Shown here piece by piece: positions 41,676 to 60,889 of a DNA stretch of 64,000 nt. A program made the translations under genes and the position numbers. The notes under the pieces are model-generated. The model was given only the letters and a program-made list of their open reading frames with translations. It ran no database searches and was not told the origin of the DNA. This DNA is from the human T2T-CHM13v2.0 reference genome, Homo sapiens. Numbering within the stretch: position 1 is the stretch's first letter; every line of letters starts with the position of its first letter. The stretch is taken from assembly GCF_009914755.1 (NCBI RefSeq), contig NC_060933.1; one strand, written 5' to 3'.

Positions 41676-43438
41676 TTGTGAGATTTATTCTCTGGTTGCT
41701 GACCCACAGCAGATTGGAACATTTATTGTTCTGCTTTTTAGGCTTGATGATTAGCAATTGTGTTCCTGTTAAACAGCCTGTGGTTGAATTCTGCACATTG
41801 GAATGGCTTACTGACTCCTTTGCGAGTTAAGAATATATTTTTATGGCATCATTTGTATCTTCAAAAATATGCATTATGATAATAAAATGAATTATATTTG
41901 TCACTTTTTAACACCATGATTATCTCTGTAAAGTAGTTAGAATGTAGTGTTTTCATTTATAGTATCCTATCTTATCTATAAATCACTTTTATTTTTAAAT
42001 CTTCCTGACTCAGAACCCCCTGTAGTATGTTTGCATTTCTCCCCAATATTATGTCTTTCTTGTTTCATTTCTTTCTGCTTAAGTGTCACTTCTCTGTTCC
42101 ATAACTTTGAAAAGGCACAGAAGTCCAACTGCATACATTTGGTTGAGAGGTTGCTGTGAATGACATGAATCTAATTGTGAAGCTTCCCTTTAGGGATTGT
42201 ATTCAAACTTTAGTGTCAATAAAAGTCACCACAAATATTTGTTAAAATATTAATACATATTTTAGACCTAGTCCCCAGGGTTTCTGAATGAATAGATCTG
42301 GGATGTGTCCCAGTCTCAGAAATCTGCATTTCTATCAGCAACCTCAGTTTATTCGGATGTAAGGGAAGATCACACCTCACCATAAATGTCATTTAATGGC
42401 TCTTAGGGTGAGAATGTGACGCTGTGTGGCCAGGAACCGATACTGCATATTCCTCATATGGCTCAGTTTCCTAGCTTATCCCTGGGTGTTGAATTGCACT
42501 GTTTCTCTTAAGCTAGAATTTTGTTTGGCTTTCATGGGAAAGGCATCGCTTCAGAAAAGCACTCTTCCTTTTCTTAGGTGATTTCTATGTGTGCTAAAAT
42601 TTGAGAACTACTTCTGGAAGGAAATATCACAATTAGATTCAAACCTTTAAAAAAGTTTTCTAACCAAATACCTGTACTAAAAAATAGGTACGTTTTATTA
42701 ATTTATTTTCTCCTTCCAACTTTTAAGTTCAGGGGATACATGTGTATGTTTGTTACACGGGTAAATTCTGTGTCACTGGGGTTTGTTGTACAAATTATTT
42801 CATCACTCAGGTAGTGAGCATAATGCTTGATAGGTAGTGTTTTAATACTTATCTTCCTCCCATCTCTACCCTCAAGTAGGCCCTGGTCTCTTGTTGTCTT
42901 CTTTGTGTCCGTGTGCACTCAATGTTTAGCTCCCACTTATATGTGACAATATGTGGTATTTAGTTTTCTGTTCCTGCATTAATTTGTTTAGGGTAACGGC
43001 CTCTGGCTGCATCCATGTTGCTTCAAAGGACATGATTTCATTTATTTTTTTTTGGCTGTGTAGTATTTCATGGTGTATATATACTACATTTTCTTTATCC
43101 AGTCCACTATTGATGAGCATCTAGGTTTATTCAATGTCTTTGCTGTTGTGAATAGTGCTGCAATGAACATGCAAGTGTATGTGTCTTTGTGGTAGAATGA
43201 TTCATATTCCTTTGGGTATATACCCAGTAATGGAATTGCTGGGTCAAATGATAGCTCTCTTTTAAGTTTTTTGAGAAATTACCAGACTGCTTTCCACAAT
43301 GGCTGAACTAATTTACATTCCCACCAACAATATAGAAGCATTTTTTTTCTCAGCAATCTCATCAGCATCTGTTATTTTTTGAATTTTTGATAATAGCCAT
43401 TCTGACTGGTATGAGATGGTGTCTCATTGTGGTTTTGA

Positions 43439-43751
<313 letters not shown>

Positions 43752-44571
43752 TTGATTTGCATTTCTATAATAATTAGTGATCTTGAGCATTTTTTCATAT
43801 GTTTGTTGGCTACTTGTATGTTTTCTTTTGAGAAGTGTCTGTTCATAACTTTTGCCCATTTTAAAAATAGTGTTACTTGATTTTTGCATGTTGATTTAAG
43901 TTCTTTATAGATATGGATATTAGATCTTTGTTAAATGCATGATTTGTGAATGTTTTCTCCCATTCTGGATTGTCAGTTTGATAGTTTCTTTTGCTGTGCA
44001 GATGCTCTTTAGTTCAATTAGGTCCCACTTGTCTAGTTTTGTTCTTGTTGCAATTTCTTCCGGAGTCTTCATCATGAAATCTTTGCCAGGGCCTATGTTC
44101 AGAATGGTATTTCCTAGGTTTTCTTCTAGAGTTTTTATAGTTTTAGGTTTACAGTGAAATCTTTAGTCAATTTTGAGTTGATTTTGTATATGGTGAAAAG
44201 GGGCCCAGTTTCAATCTTTTGCATATGGCTAACGAGTTATCCAAGTACCATTTATTGAATAGGGAGTTCTTTCCCCATTGCTTGTTGTTGTTGACTTTGT
44301 TGAAGACCAGGTGGTTGTAGGTATGTGGCTTTATTTCTGGTTCTCTAATCTGTTCCATTGGTCTATGTGTCTGTTTTTTGTACTAGTACCATGTTGCCTT
44401 AGTTACTGTAGCCTAGTAATATGGTTTGAACTTGAGTAGTGTGATGCCTTCAGCTTTGTTCTTTTTGCTTAGGGTTGCTTTGGTAGATTTTTTTAATTAC
44501 TGATTCAATTTTATAACTCATTATTGATCTGTTCAGGGTTTCAGTTTCCTCCTGGTTCAATCTTGGGAGGC

Positions 44572-46913
44572 TGATATGGTTTAAATTTGTGTCCCTGCCC
44601 AAATCTCATGTCCAGTTGTAATCCCCAGTGGCGGGGGAGGAACCTGCTGGGAGGTGATTGGATCACGGGAAGGAACTTCCCCCTGGCTGTTTTCATAATA
44701 GTGAGCTCTCATGAGATCTAGTTGTTTAAAAGTGTGTAGCACCTCCTGCTCCACACATGTAGAATATGCCTGCTTCCTCTTTGCCTTCTGCTGCAAGTTT
44801 CCTGAGGCCTCCCTAGCCTTGTTTCCTGTACAGTCTATGGAACTGTGAGTCAATTAAAACTTTTTTTTTTTTTTCTAAATAAATTACCCAGTCTCAGGGA
44901 GGTCTTTATAGCAATGTAAGAATGGACTGATATAGAAAACTGGTACTGGGAATTGGGCATTGCGATAAAGACCTGAAAATATGGAAGTTACTTTGGAACT
45001 GGGTAACGGGCAGCGGTTAGAACAGTTTGGAGGGCTCAGAAGAAGACAGAAAGATGAGAGAAAATTTGGAACTTCCTAGAGACTTGTTATTAAATCATTG
45101 TGACCAAAATGCTGATAGTAATATGGACAATGAAGTCCAAGCTGAGGTGGTCTCAGATGGAGTTGAGGAGCTTATTGGGAACTAGAGTAAAGGTTATTGT
45201 TGCTATGCCTTTGTAAAGAGACTGGCAGCATTGTGACCCTGCTCTAAGGATCTGTGGAACTTTGAACTTGAGAGAGATGATTTAGGGTATCTGGTGGAAA
45301 AAATTTTTAAGCAGCCAAGTGTTCAAGATGTGGCCTGGCCACTTCTAACAGCATGTGGTCATATGCATGAGCAAGAGATAATCTGAAATCTGAACTTATA
45401 TTTAAAAGGGAAGCAGAGCATAAAAGTTTGGAAAATTCGCAGCCTGACCATGTGGTAGAAAAGAAAAACACATTTTTCTGGGGAGGAATTCAAGTAGGCT
45501 GCAGAAACTTGCATAAGTAAAGAGGAGCCAAATGTTAATAGCCAAGACAATGGGGAAAATGCCTTGAAGGCATTTCAGAGAACTTTGTGGCAGCCCCTCC
45601 CATGACAGGCCCAGAGGCCTAGGAGGGAAGAATTGCTTCATGGGCTGGGCCCAGGACCCGGCTGTCCTGCACAACCTTGGGACACTGCTCCCTGGATCTT
45701 AGCCTCTTCAGCTCCAGCCATGGCTCAAAGGGCCCCAGATACATGTCAGGCCACTGCTCCAGAGGGTGTGGTGTTAAGTCTGCAGGTGTGTGGAGGGCAA
45801 GAGTTGAGGCTTGGGAGCCTCGGACTAAATTTTGGAGGATGTATGGATATGCCTGGATATCTAGGCAGAAGTGTGCTGCAAGGGCAGAACCCTCATGGAG
45901 AACCCTTACTAGGGCAGTGCAGAGGGGAAATGCAGAGTTGGAGGCCCGACACAGAGTCCCCATTGGGTCACTGTCTAGTGGAGCTGTGAGGAGAGGGCCA
46001 CTGTCCTCCAGACCCCAGAATGGTAGATCCACCAACAACTTGTACTATGTGCCTGGAAAACCTTCAGGCACTCAATGCCAGCTTGTGAAAGCAGCCAAGG
46101 GGGCTGTACCTGGCAGAGCCACAGGGGTGGAACTTGCCAAGGCTTTGGGAGCCCACTCTTTGCATCAGTGTGGCCTGGATGTGAGATATGAAATCAGAGG
46201 AGATTATTTTAGAGCTTTAAGATTTACTGACTGCCCTGCTAGATTTCAGACTTGCATGAGGCCTGTAACCTTTTTGTTTTGGCTGATTTCTTGCTTTTGG
46301 AATAGGTATATTTACTCAATACCTGTATTCTCATTCTATCTTGGAAGTAACGAACTTGTTTTTGATTTTACAGGCTTATAGGTAGACGGGACTTGCCTTG
46401 TCTCAGTTGAGACCTCGGACTGTGGACTTTTGAATTAATGCTGAAAAGAGTTAAGACTTGGAGTGTTGAGAAGGGTTGATTGTATCTCGCAATCTAAGAA
46501 GTACATGAGATTTGAGAGGGGCCAGGGGTGGAATGATATGGTTTGGCTCTGTGTCCCTGCCCACATCTCATGTTGAATTGTAATCTCCAGTGTTGGAGGG
46601 AGGGGCCTGGTGGGAGGTAATTGGATCATGGGGGTGAATTTTTCCCTTGCTGTTCTTGTGATAGTGAGTTCTCATGAGATCTGGTTGTTTAAGTGTGGCA
46701 CCTCCCTACCATTCTTCTCTTCCTCCTGCTTTGGACATGTAGAACGTTCATTCTTCCCCTTCACCTTCTGCCACAGTTGTAAGTTTCCTGAGGCCTACCC
46801 AGCCATGCTTCCTGTACAGCCTGCAGAACTATGAGTTAATTAAACCTGTTGTCTTTATAAATTACCCAGTCTTAGGTAGTTTTTTATAGAAAGGTAAAAA
46901 TGGATAGAATACA
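44572..46913 (+). mobile_element. Two-LTR MaLR provirus (THE1D/MSTA-like, 2.34 kb) nested in L1 ORF2
   Basis: LTRs at 44572-44934 and 46534-46913 (tgatatggttt...); purine tract gaggggccaggggtggaa before the 3' LTR; degenerate TSD GAGGC/GAAGT; internal ORF remnants including 45677-46381, homologous to the element at 21648-26135. Confidence 0.93.
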
Positions 46914-47262
46914 GAAGTTGTATGTTTCCAGGAGTTTATCCATTTCTAGATTTTCTAATTTTTGTGCATAGAGGTGTTCATAACAGTCTCTGAGGAATTT
47001 TGGGTTTCTCTGGGATTGGTGGTAATGTCCCGTTTGTCATTTCTGATTGTGTTTATTTGGATCTTCTCTCTTTGTTATAGTCTAGCCAGAACTCTCAAAC
47101 TTACTTATTCTTACAAGGAACAAATGTTTGGTTCTGTTGATCTTTGGTATGATTTTTGACATCTCAATTTCATTTAGTTTAGCTATGATTTTGTTTATTT
47201 CTTCTTCTAGCTTTGGGATCAGTTTGCTATTGTTTTTATAGATCCTCTAGGTGTGAGATTAG

Positions 47263-47637
<375 letters not shown>

Positions 47638-50600
47638 TAGAACTGCTTTAGTTGTGTCCCAGAGATTCTGGTATGTTGTATCTGTTTTCATTAGATTCAA
47701 AAAATTTATTGATTTCTGCCTTTATTTCATTGTTTACCCAAAAGTAATTCAGAAGCATATCATTTGATTTCCATGTAGTTGTATGGTTTTAAGAGGTCTT
47801 TTTGGTATTGATTTCTATTATTGTGCTGTGGTCCAAGTATATGGTTGGTATGATTTCAATTTTTCTTGAATTTATTGAGAATTGCTTTATGGCCAAACAT
47901 GTGGTTGATTTTAGAGTAAATGCCATATGCAGATGAGCAGAATGTATATTCTGTTGTTGGGTGGGGTGTTCTATAGATATGTTAGGTCCGTTTGGTCATG
48001 TGTTGAGTTTAAGTCCTGAATGTCTTTGTTTAGTTGTCTGTCTCGATTGGTGTAATAATGTCCATGGGGTGTTGAAGTCTCCTACTATTATTGTGTCATT
48101 ATTTACATCTCTTTGTAAGTTTCTAAGAACTTGTTTTATGAATCTGGGTGCTCAATATTGGATGGATATATATGCAGGAGCATTAAAATTTTCCTGTTTA
48201 ATTGAACCCTTTATTACTACGTAATGCTCTTCTTTGTCTTTTTTGATCATTGTTGATTGTAAAGTCTCTTTTGTCTGAAATAAGAACAGCAATTCAAGCT
48301 CTTTTTTTTTGTTTGTTTGTTTGCTTGATCTTTCTCCATTCCTTTACCTTGGGTGTATGTGTGTCATTGCATGTGAGGTGGGTCACTTGAAGGCAGCATA
48401 TAGTTGGGTCTTGCTCCTTTATCCAACTTGGCACTCTGTCCCTTTCAAGTGGAGTGTTTAGCCTGTTTATGTTTAAGGTTAATATTGATATGTGGGGATT
48501 TGATCCTGTCATTGTAGTGTTAACTGGTTGTTATGTAGACTTGATTGTGTAGTTTCTTTATAGTGTCAATGGTCTATATACTTAAGTGTGTTTTTGTGGT
48601 GGCCAGAATAGTCTTTTATTTCCATGTTTAACACTCAATTAAGAACCTCTTCTAAGGCAGGTGTAATGGTAATGAATTTCCTTAGAATTTGCTTGTCTGA
48701 AAAGGATTTTATTTATCCTTTACTTAAGAAGCTTAGTTTGGCTGGATATAAAATTCTTGACTGGAATTTCTTTTTTTAAGGATGCTGAATATAAGCTCCA
48801 ATCTGTTCTGGCTCATAAAATTTCTGTTGAAAGGTCTGTTTGTTAGCTTGATGGTGTTTCTTTTGTAGGTGATTTGCCCCTTCTCTCTAGCTGCCTTTAA
48901 TATTTTTTCTTTGGCATTGACCTTATAGAATCGGACTATGTGTCTTGGGTGTGGTCATCTTTTACGGCATCTTGCAGGATTCTATGAATTTTCTGAATTT
49001 GAATGTTTTTAGTGAGGTTAGCAACATTTTCACAGACAGTATCTTCAAATATATTTTCCAAGTTGCTTGCTTTCTGTCCTTCCCTTTCAGGGACACTCAT
49101 GTTTGTAGTTTTGGCTTCTTTATATAATCCAATATTTCTCAGAAGTTTTGTTCATGCTTTAAAAAAATCTTAAAAAAATTTTTTTTCTGAGTTCATTTAA
49201 AAAACTGACCTTCAAGTTCTGAGATTGAACTTAACTTTGCCTATTCTGCTGTTAATACTTCTAATTGTATTTTGCAATTCTTGTAGTGAGTTTTTCAGCT
49301 TTATCTGATAAGTTTGCTTCTTTCTTAAAATGGCTGTTTTCTTTTTCAGGTCTTGAATCCTTTTACTGGACTCCTTAGATTCCTCAGGTTGGTTTTCAAC
49401 TTTCTCCTGAATTGCAATCATAATTGCCATCTAGATTCTGATTTCTACATCTGTCATTTCCATTATTGCTGTGTGATTAAGAACCATTCCTGGGGAGGTA
49501 GTGCCAACTTTTAGAGGTAAGAAGACACTCTGCCTCTTAGAGCTGACAGAGTTCTTGCACTGGTTCTTTATCATTTTTGTGGGCTGATGTTCCTTATTCT
49601 TTGAAGTTGCTGTCCTTTGGATGGGGCTTTTTGCTTTTATATTTTTTGATGTCCTTGAGGGTTTGACTGTGGTTTAAGTTGGGTTTAATTGATTGGCTTT
49701 GTTTCTGGATGGTTTCTTGGGGTCAAGGCTTAGCTCAGCTCTCCTTGGTTGCATGCTGTAACCATGAGGGGGTGAGACCAGGTGCGCAGCTTTGTTCTCT
49801 TGCCTCTTGAATTTAATCACCTGCTGTTTGGAGGGTTCAAGGTGTTCCTGGCTTGATGGCAACAACACTCTGATGATGAAGGTTGCTAGGGAAAGCACTT
49901 CATCTGGGCAGGGCAGTAGCAGTGGGGTCTGTGTGCATGCTGTCCATGGTGGGGTAGTGGCAGCAAAGTCCTTATGCATACTGGCAAAGCAGTGGGGGAG
50001 ACTGTGGGCAAGTATGTGCTAGTGGAGCCTGTCTGTAAAAGCCCTTTGATGTTAGGCAGAGTCTTCTGGTGATGGAGCTGATGGTGGTGGCCACTGGGAA
50101 TTACCCCATTTGGGCATCTGAGTCTGCTGAGCAAGTGGGTTCAGCCAGGCAATCCCTGAGAGAGGCTGGCAGAAAAGGTAGTGCTGACATCAGACTGGCC
50201 CTGTGTCATGGGCAAGATAGTCCCATTATGTCTAGGTCCGGCAGTCAACAAAGGCAAGAGCCTCCTATAGGAGTATGGCAAGCCTTGGGATATGGGCATC
50301 CCTGGCTGTACTCCCCTGCAGCCATTCCTGTGCCTAACCCCCTGGGTTTATACAGGGTGAAGTCCTGTCTATGTGAACTCTCCGAGCAGCTCTCCCAGAC
50401 AGCTCAAATGTCCTTGGGGGTCATGGGGTCTCCTGCAGCTAAAATTCTGGAGGTCGGTGGTAAGAGTAGGCTACTCCTCACTGATTTAACTTACCTGTTC
50501 TCCAGGAGCTGCTCAGGGCCAGGAATGATTCCTGGTGCTCAGCAACCCTGTATGGGGTTCCCAGCTTCCTTCCCCTTTAGTCCAGAATCTGCATCCTCCT

Positions 50601-50968
50601 TCCATTCACTCCCAATGCCTTCCTTCAGAAAATCTGCTCAGAGTGTGCTCATCTTCTTGATGGTTATGGTTTCTTGGTGGGAGAAGCTCTTTCTGGCTGT
50701 GTCTAATCAGCCATCATGGCTCCTCTCTCCTAGATTTTAGTGTTCGGATCTGGAAAAGCAACATCCTAAGCACAACAATGATACAAGAATAAGTAGATGA
50801 GATACTGTCAGGAAAGCAAATGCATATAATATTCAATAAATAATATATCCCAGATTTAATAAATGCTTCTAAGTGCTTCATGTATTGAATGGTTACTTCA
50901 TTCCCTGAAGATTAATACTTAACCTCCCTTTGGGGCAGGTGGTCAGAATCATGCTCAGAATGCCTTCT

Positions 50969-51199
50969 CTGAGGAAGGCATTTTTGAGAAGCGGCTATAA
51001 TGCAGAATTCTGTACTTCTACCAAACAAAACTGAAGAGCAGTGAGGAGAAAGGGGTAAGCTAAATCAGTGAGAAGTAGCCTATTCTTACCACTGACCTCC
51101 AGAATTTTAGCTGCAGGAGACCCCAAGACCCTCAAGGACATTCGAGCTGGCAAGGAGAGCTGCTTGGAGAGCTCACAGAGACAGGACTTCACCCTTCTC
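50969..51199. repeat. Composite local duplication: direct copy of 51440-51522 joined to an inverted copy of 50354-50503
   Basis: Both source segments are visible in the window; CCTTCTC lies at both ends of the block (50963-50969 and 51193-51199). Confidence 0.9.
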
Positions 51200-51254
51200 A
51201 TTAGATTTCTTTACTCAAATGCCCCTCCTTACCTTAATGTTTTTCAAGTGAACA

Positions 51255-51450
51255 TTCTAGAAAGTATTTGTTCTCTGTGGTTCCAGGCCATTTGTGTCAG
51301 CATCTCCTGAATGTGCGAGTTAAAAAAGAATGAATATTTCTGGGTTCCACCTCAAGCGGTAAAATACAGAGGGTAAAGCTTGAGAAATGAGTCCATATTT
51401 TCATAAAGCTCTTGAGCTGATTCTTAAGCATGCTGAAGACTGAGGAAGGC
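51255..51450. mobile_element. MER5-type relic
   Basis: 'gtggttccaggcc...tcagcatctcctg...ttaaaa...ctgggttccacctca...tgattcttaagcatgctgaagactgagg'. Confidence 0.6.
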
Positions 51451-51817
51451 ATTTTTGAGAAGCTGCTGTAATGCAGAATTCTGTACTTCTACAAAACAAA
51501 ACTGAGGAGTGGTGAGGAAGAAGTGTCCAAGATCCTAGAAATTTCCAGAGGCTGAGGCTTAGAAGACAGCAGCTTCTAGCTCTGCTCAACCCCTAACTGG
51601 CTGCATGAACCTGGACAGGTACCTGAATATAGGGTAGGCCCAAACAGCCAATGATTCTTAGAACTGGGAGCCAATTCTGTCCTGAAATGCTGCTCAAGTT
51701 TTAGAAACAGGACTGCTGTCTATCATAAACCGATCTTGGCAAATCTGACTGTTCAACAATATTCAAGCCCATTTGTTAAACTTAAATTCTTCTACACATT
51801 CATTCCCTCCACAATTT

Positions 51818-52182
51818 TGTTTTTTTAATTATGGTTTTGAAAATTTTGTGGGTACATAGTAGGTGTATATATTTATGGGGCACATGAGATGTTTCGATAT
51901 AGGCATGCAATACGAAATAAGCACATCATGGAGAATTGGGTATCCATCCCCTCAAGCATTTATCCTTGAATTACGAACAATTCAATTACATTCCTTAAGT
52001 TATTTAAAAGTATACAATTATTATTGACTATAGTCACCATCTTGTGCTAATAGTAGGTCTATTCATTCTATTTTTTTGGTACCTATTAACCACCTCCACC
52101 TCCCCACCAGCCCCCCACTATCCTTGCAGGTATCTGGTGACCAGCCTTCTACTCTATCTCTATGAGTTCAGTTGTTTTTATT
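51818..52182 (-). mobile_element. L1MA-type 3' end
   Basis: 'ttttgtgggtacatagtaggtgtatatatttatgggg...taggcatgcaat...cacatcatggag...ccatcccctcaagcattta'. Confidence 0.85.
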
Positions 52183-58300
<6,118 letters not shown>

Positions 58301-60885
58301 CTCCATTTGCTTATTAAATATTTCTCCATCCCTTTATTTTGACCTATTGTGTCTTTGCATGTGAGCTGCATCTCCTGGATACAGCCCACCGATGGGTCTT
58401 GACTCTTTATCCAATTTGCCAGTCTGTGCCTTCTAATTGGCTCATTAAGCCCATTTACATTTAAAGTTAATATTGTGATGTGTGAATTTAATGCTGTCAT
58501 CATGATGCTAGCTGGTTATTTTGTACATTAGTTGATGCAGTTTCTTCTTAGTGCCATTGGTCTTTATATTTTGGTGTGTTTTTGCAGTGGCTGCTTTTTC
58601 CTTTCCATATTTAGTGCTTCCTTTAGGAGCTCTTGTAAGGCAGGCCTGGTGGTGGCATAATCTCTCGGTATTTTCTTCTCTGTAATGATTTTATTTCTCC
58701 TTCACTTATGAAGCTTAGTTCCACTGGATATGAAATTCTGTGTTGAAAATTCTTTTCTTTAAGAATGTTGAATATTAGCCTTCACTCTCTTCTGACTTGT
58801 AGGGTTTCTGCAGAGAGATCCACTGTTAGTCTGATGGGCTTCCCTTTGTGGGTAACTTGACCTTTCTCTCTGGCTGCCCTTAACATTTTTTCCTTCATTT
58901 CAACCTTGGTGAAACTTGGGGTTCCTCTTCTCGAGGAGTATCTTTGTGGTGTTTTCTGTATTTCCTGAATTTGAATGTTGGCCTATCTTGCTAGGTTGGG
59001 GAAGTTCTCCTGGATAATATCCTGATGAGTGTTTTCGAACTTGGTTTCATTCTCCCCATCACTGTCAGGTATACCAATGAAACGTAGATTTGGTCTTTTC
59101 ACATAGTCCCATATTTCTTGGAGGCCTTGTTCATTCCCTTTCATTCTTGTTTCTCTAATCTTGTCTTCTCACTTTATATCATTAAGTTGATCTTCAATCT
59201 CTGATATCCTTTTTTCTGCTTGATCGATTTGGCTATTCATACTTGTGTATGCTTCATGAAGTTCTTGTGCTGTGTTTTTCAGCTCCATCAGGTCATTTAT
59301 GTTCTTTTCTAAACTGGTTATTCTAGTTAGCATTTCCTGTAACCTTTTTTCCAGGTTCTTAGCTTCCTTGCATTGGGTTAGAGCATGCTCTTTTAGCTAG
59401 GAGGAGTTTATTATTACCCACCTTCTGAAGCCTACTTCTGTCAATTTATCAAACTCATTCTCTGTCCAGTTTTTTGCCTTTGCTGGAGTGGAGTTGTGAT
59501 CATTTGGAGAAGAGGCGTTCTGGTTTTTGGAATTTTCAGCATTTTCCTGCTGGTTTTCCCTCATCTTTGTGGATTTATCTACCTTTGATCTTTCATGCTT
59601 ATGGCCTTTGGATGGGGTTTTTCTGTGGCTGTCTTTTTTGTTGATGTTGATGTTATTGATTTCTGTTTGTTTGTTTTCCTTCTAACAGTCAGGCCCATCT
59701 TCTGCAGGTCTCCTGGAGTTTGAGTGGAAGTCCACTCCAGACCCTGTTTGCCTGGGTATCACCAGAGGAGGCTGCAGAACAGCAAAGATTGCTACCTGCT
59801 CTTTCCTATGAAAGCTTGGTCTCAGAGGGGTACCTGCCTGACGCTAGCCAGAGCTCTCCTGTATGAGGTGTCTGTCAACCTTTTCTGGGAGGTGTCTCCC
59901 ACTCAGGAGGCACAGGGGTCAGGGACCCACTTGAGGAGGCAGTGCGTCCCTTAGCTGAGCTCGAGCGCTGTGCTGGGAGATCTGCTGCTCTCTTCAGAGC
60001 CAGCAGGCAGGAATGTTTAAGTTTGCTGAAGCTACACCCACAGTTTTGTCTTCCTCCAGGTGCTCTGGGAGATGGGAGTTTTATCTGTAAGCCCCTGACT
60101 GGGGCTGCTGCCTTTCAGGGATGCCCTTCCCAGTGAGAAGGAATCTAGAGAGGCAGTCTGGCCACAGCCATTTTGTTGCACTGCAGTGAGTTCTGCCCAG
60201 TCCAAACTTTCCAACAGCTCCCTTAATACTGTGAGGGGAAAACCACCTACTTAAAGCTCAGTAATGTGGACACCCCTCCCCTACACCAAGCTCTATTGTT
60301 CCAGGTCGACTTCAGACTGCTGTGCTGGCAGCAAGAGTTTCAAGCCAGCGGTTCTTCACTTGCTGGGCTCCTTGGGAGTGGGACCCACTGAGCAAGACCA
60401 CTTGGCCCCCTGGCTTCAGCCCCCTTTCCAGGGAAGTGAACGGTTCTGTCTCACTGGGGTTCCAGGTGGCACTGGGATATGAAAAAAACTCCTGCAGCTA
60501 GCTCAGTGTCTGCCCAAACAGCCACCTTGTTTTGTACTTGAAACCCAGGGCCTGGGTAATGTCAGCACGTGAGGGAATCTCCTGGTCTGCAGATTGCAAA
60601 AACTGTGGGAAAATCATAGTATCTGGGCTGGATGGCACAGTCCCTCATGGCTTCCCTTGGCTAGGGGAGAGAGTTTCCCGGCCTGTTAAACACTTCCTGG
60701 GTGAGGTGATGCCCCATCCTGCTTCTGCTCACCTTCCGTGTGCTGTACCCATGGTCTAACCAGTCCCAATGAGATGAACCGGGTACCTCAGTTGGAAATG
60801 CAGAAATCACCAGCCTTCTGTGTTGATCTCGCTGGGATCTGCAGACCGGAGCTGTTCCTATTCAGCCAGCCATCTTCCCAGATCC
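58301..60885 (-). mobile_element. 5' part of an older L1 (L1PA7/8-like): 5'UTR, ORF1 and start of ORF2
   Basis: ORF2 start MMTALNSHITILTLNVNGLN at 58503; ORF1 start near 59564 (MRENQQENAENSKNQNAS); ~1.3-kb 5'UTR ending gagctgttcctattcagcc at ~60850-60868. Confidence 0.9.
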
Positions 60886-60889
60886 AGTC

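Noticed and set aside
45677-46381. 234-aa ORF as a host gene
   Set aside because: It lies wholly inside the MaLR internal region, has a non-ATG start and matches 22145-22459.
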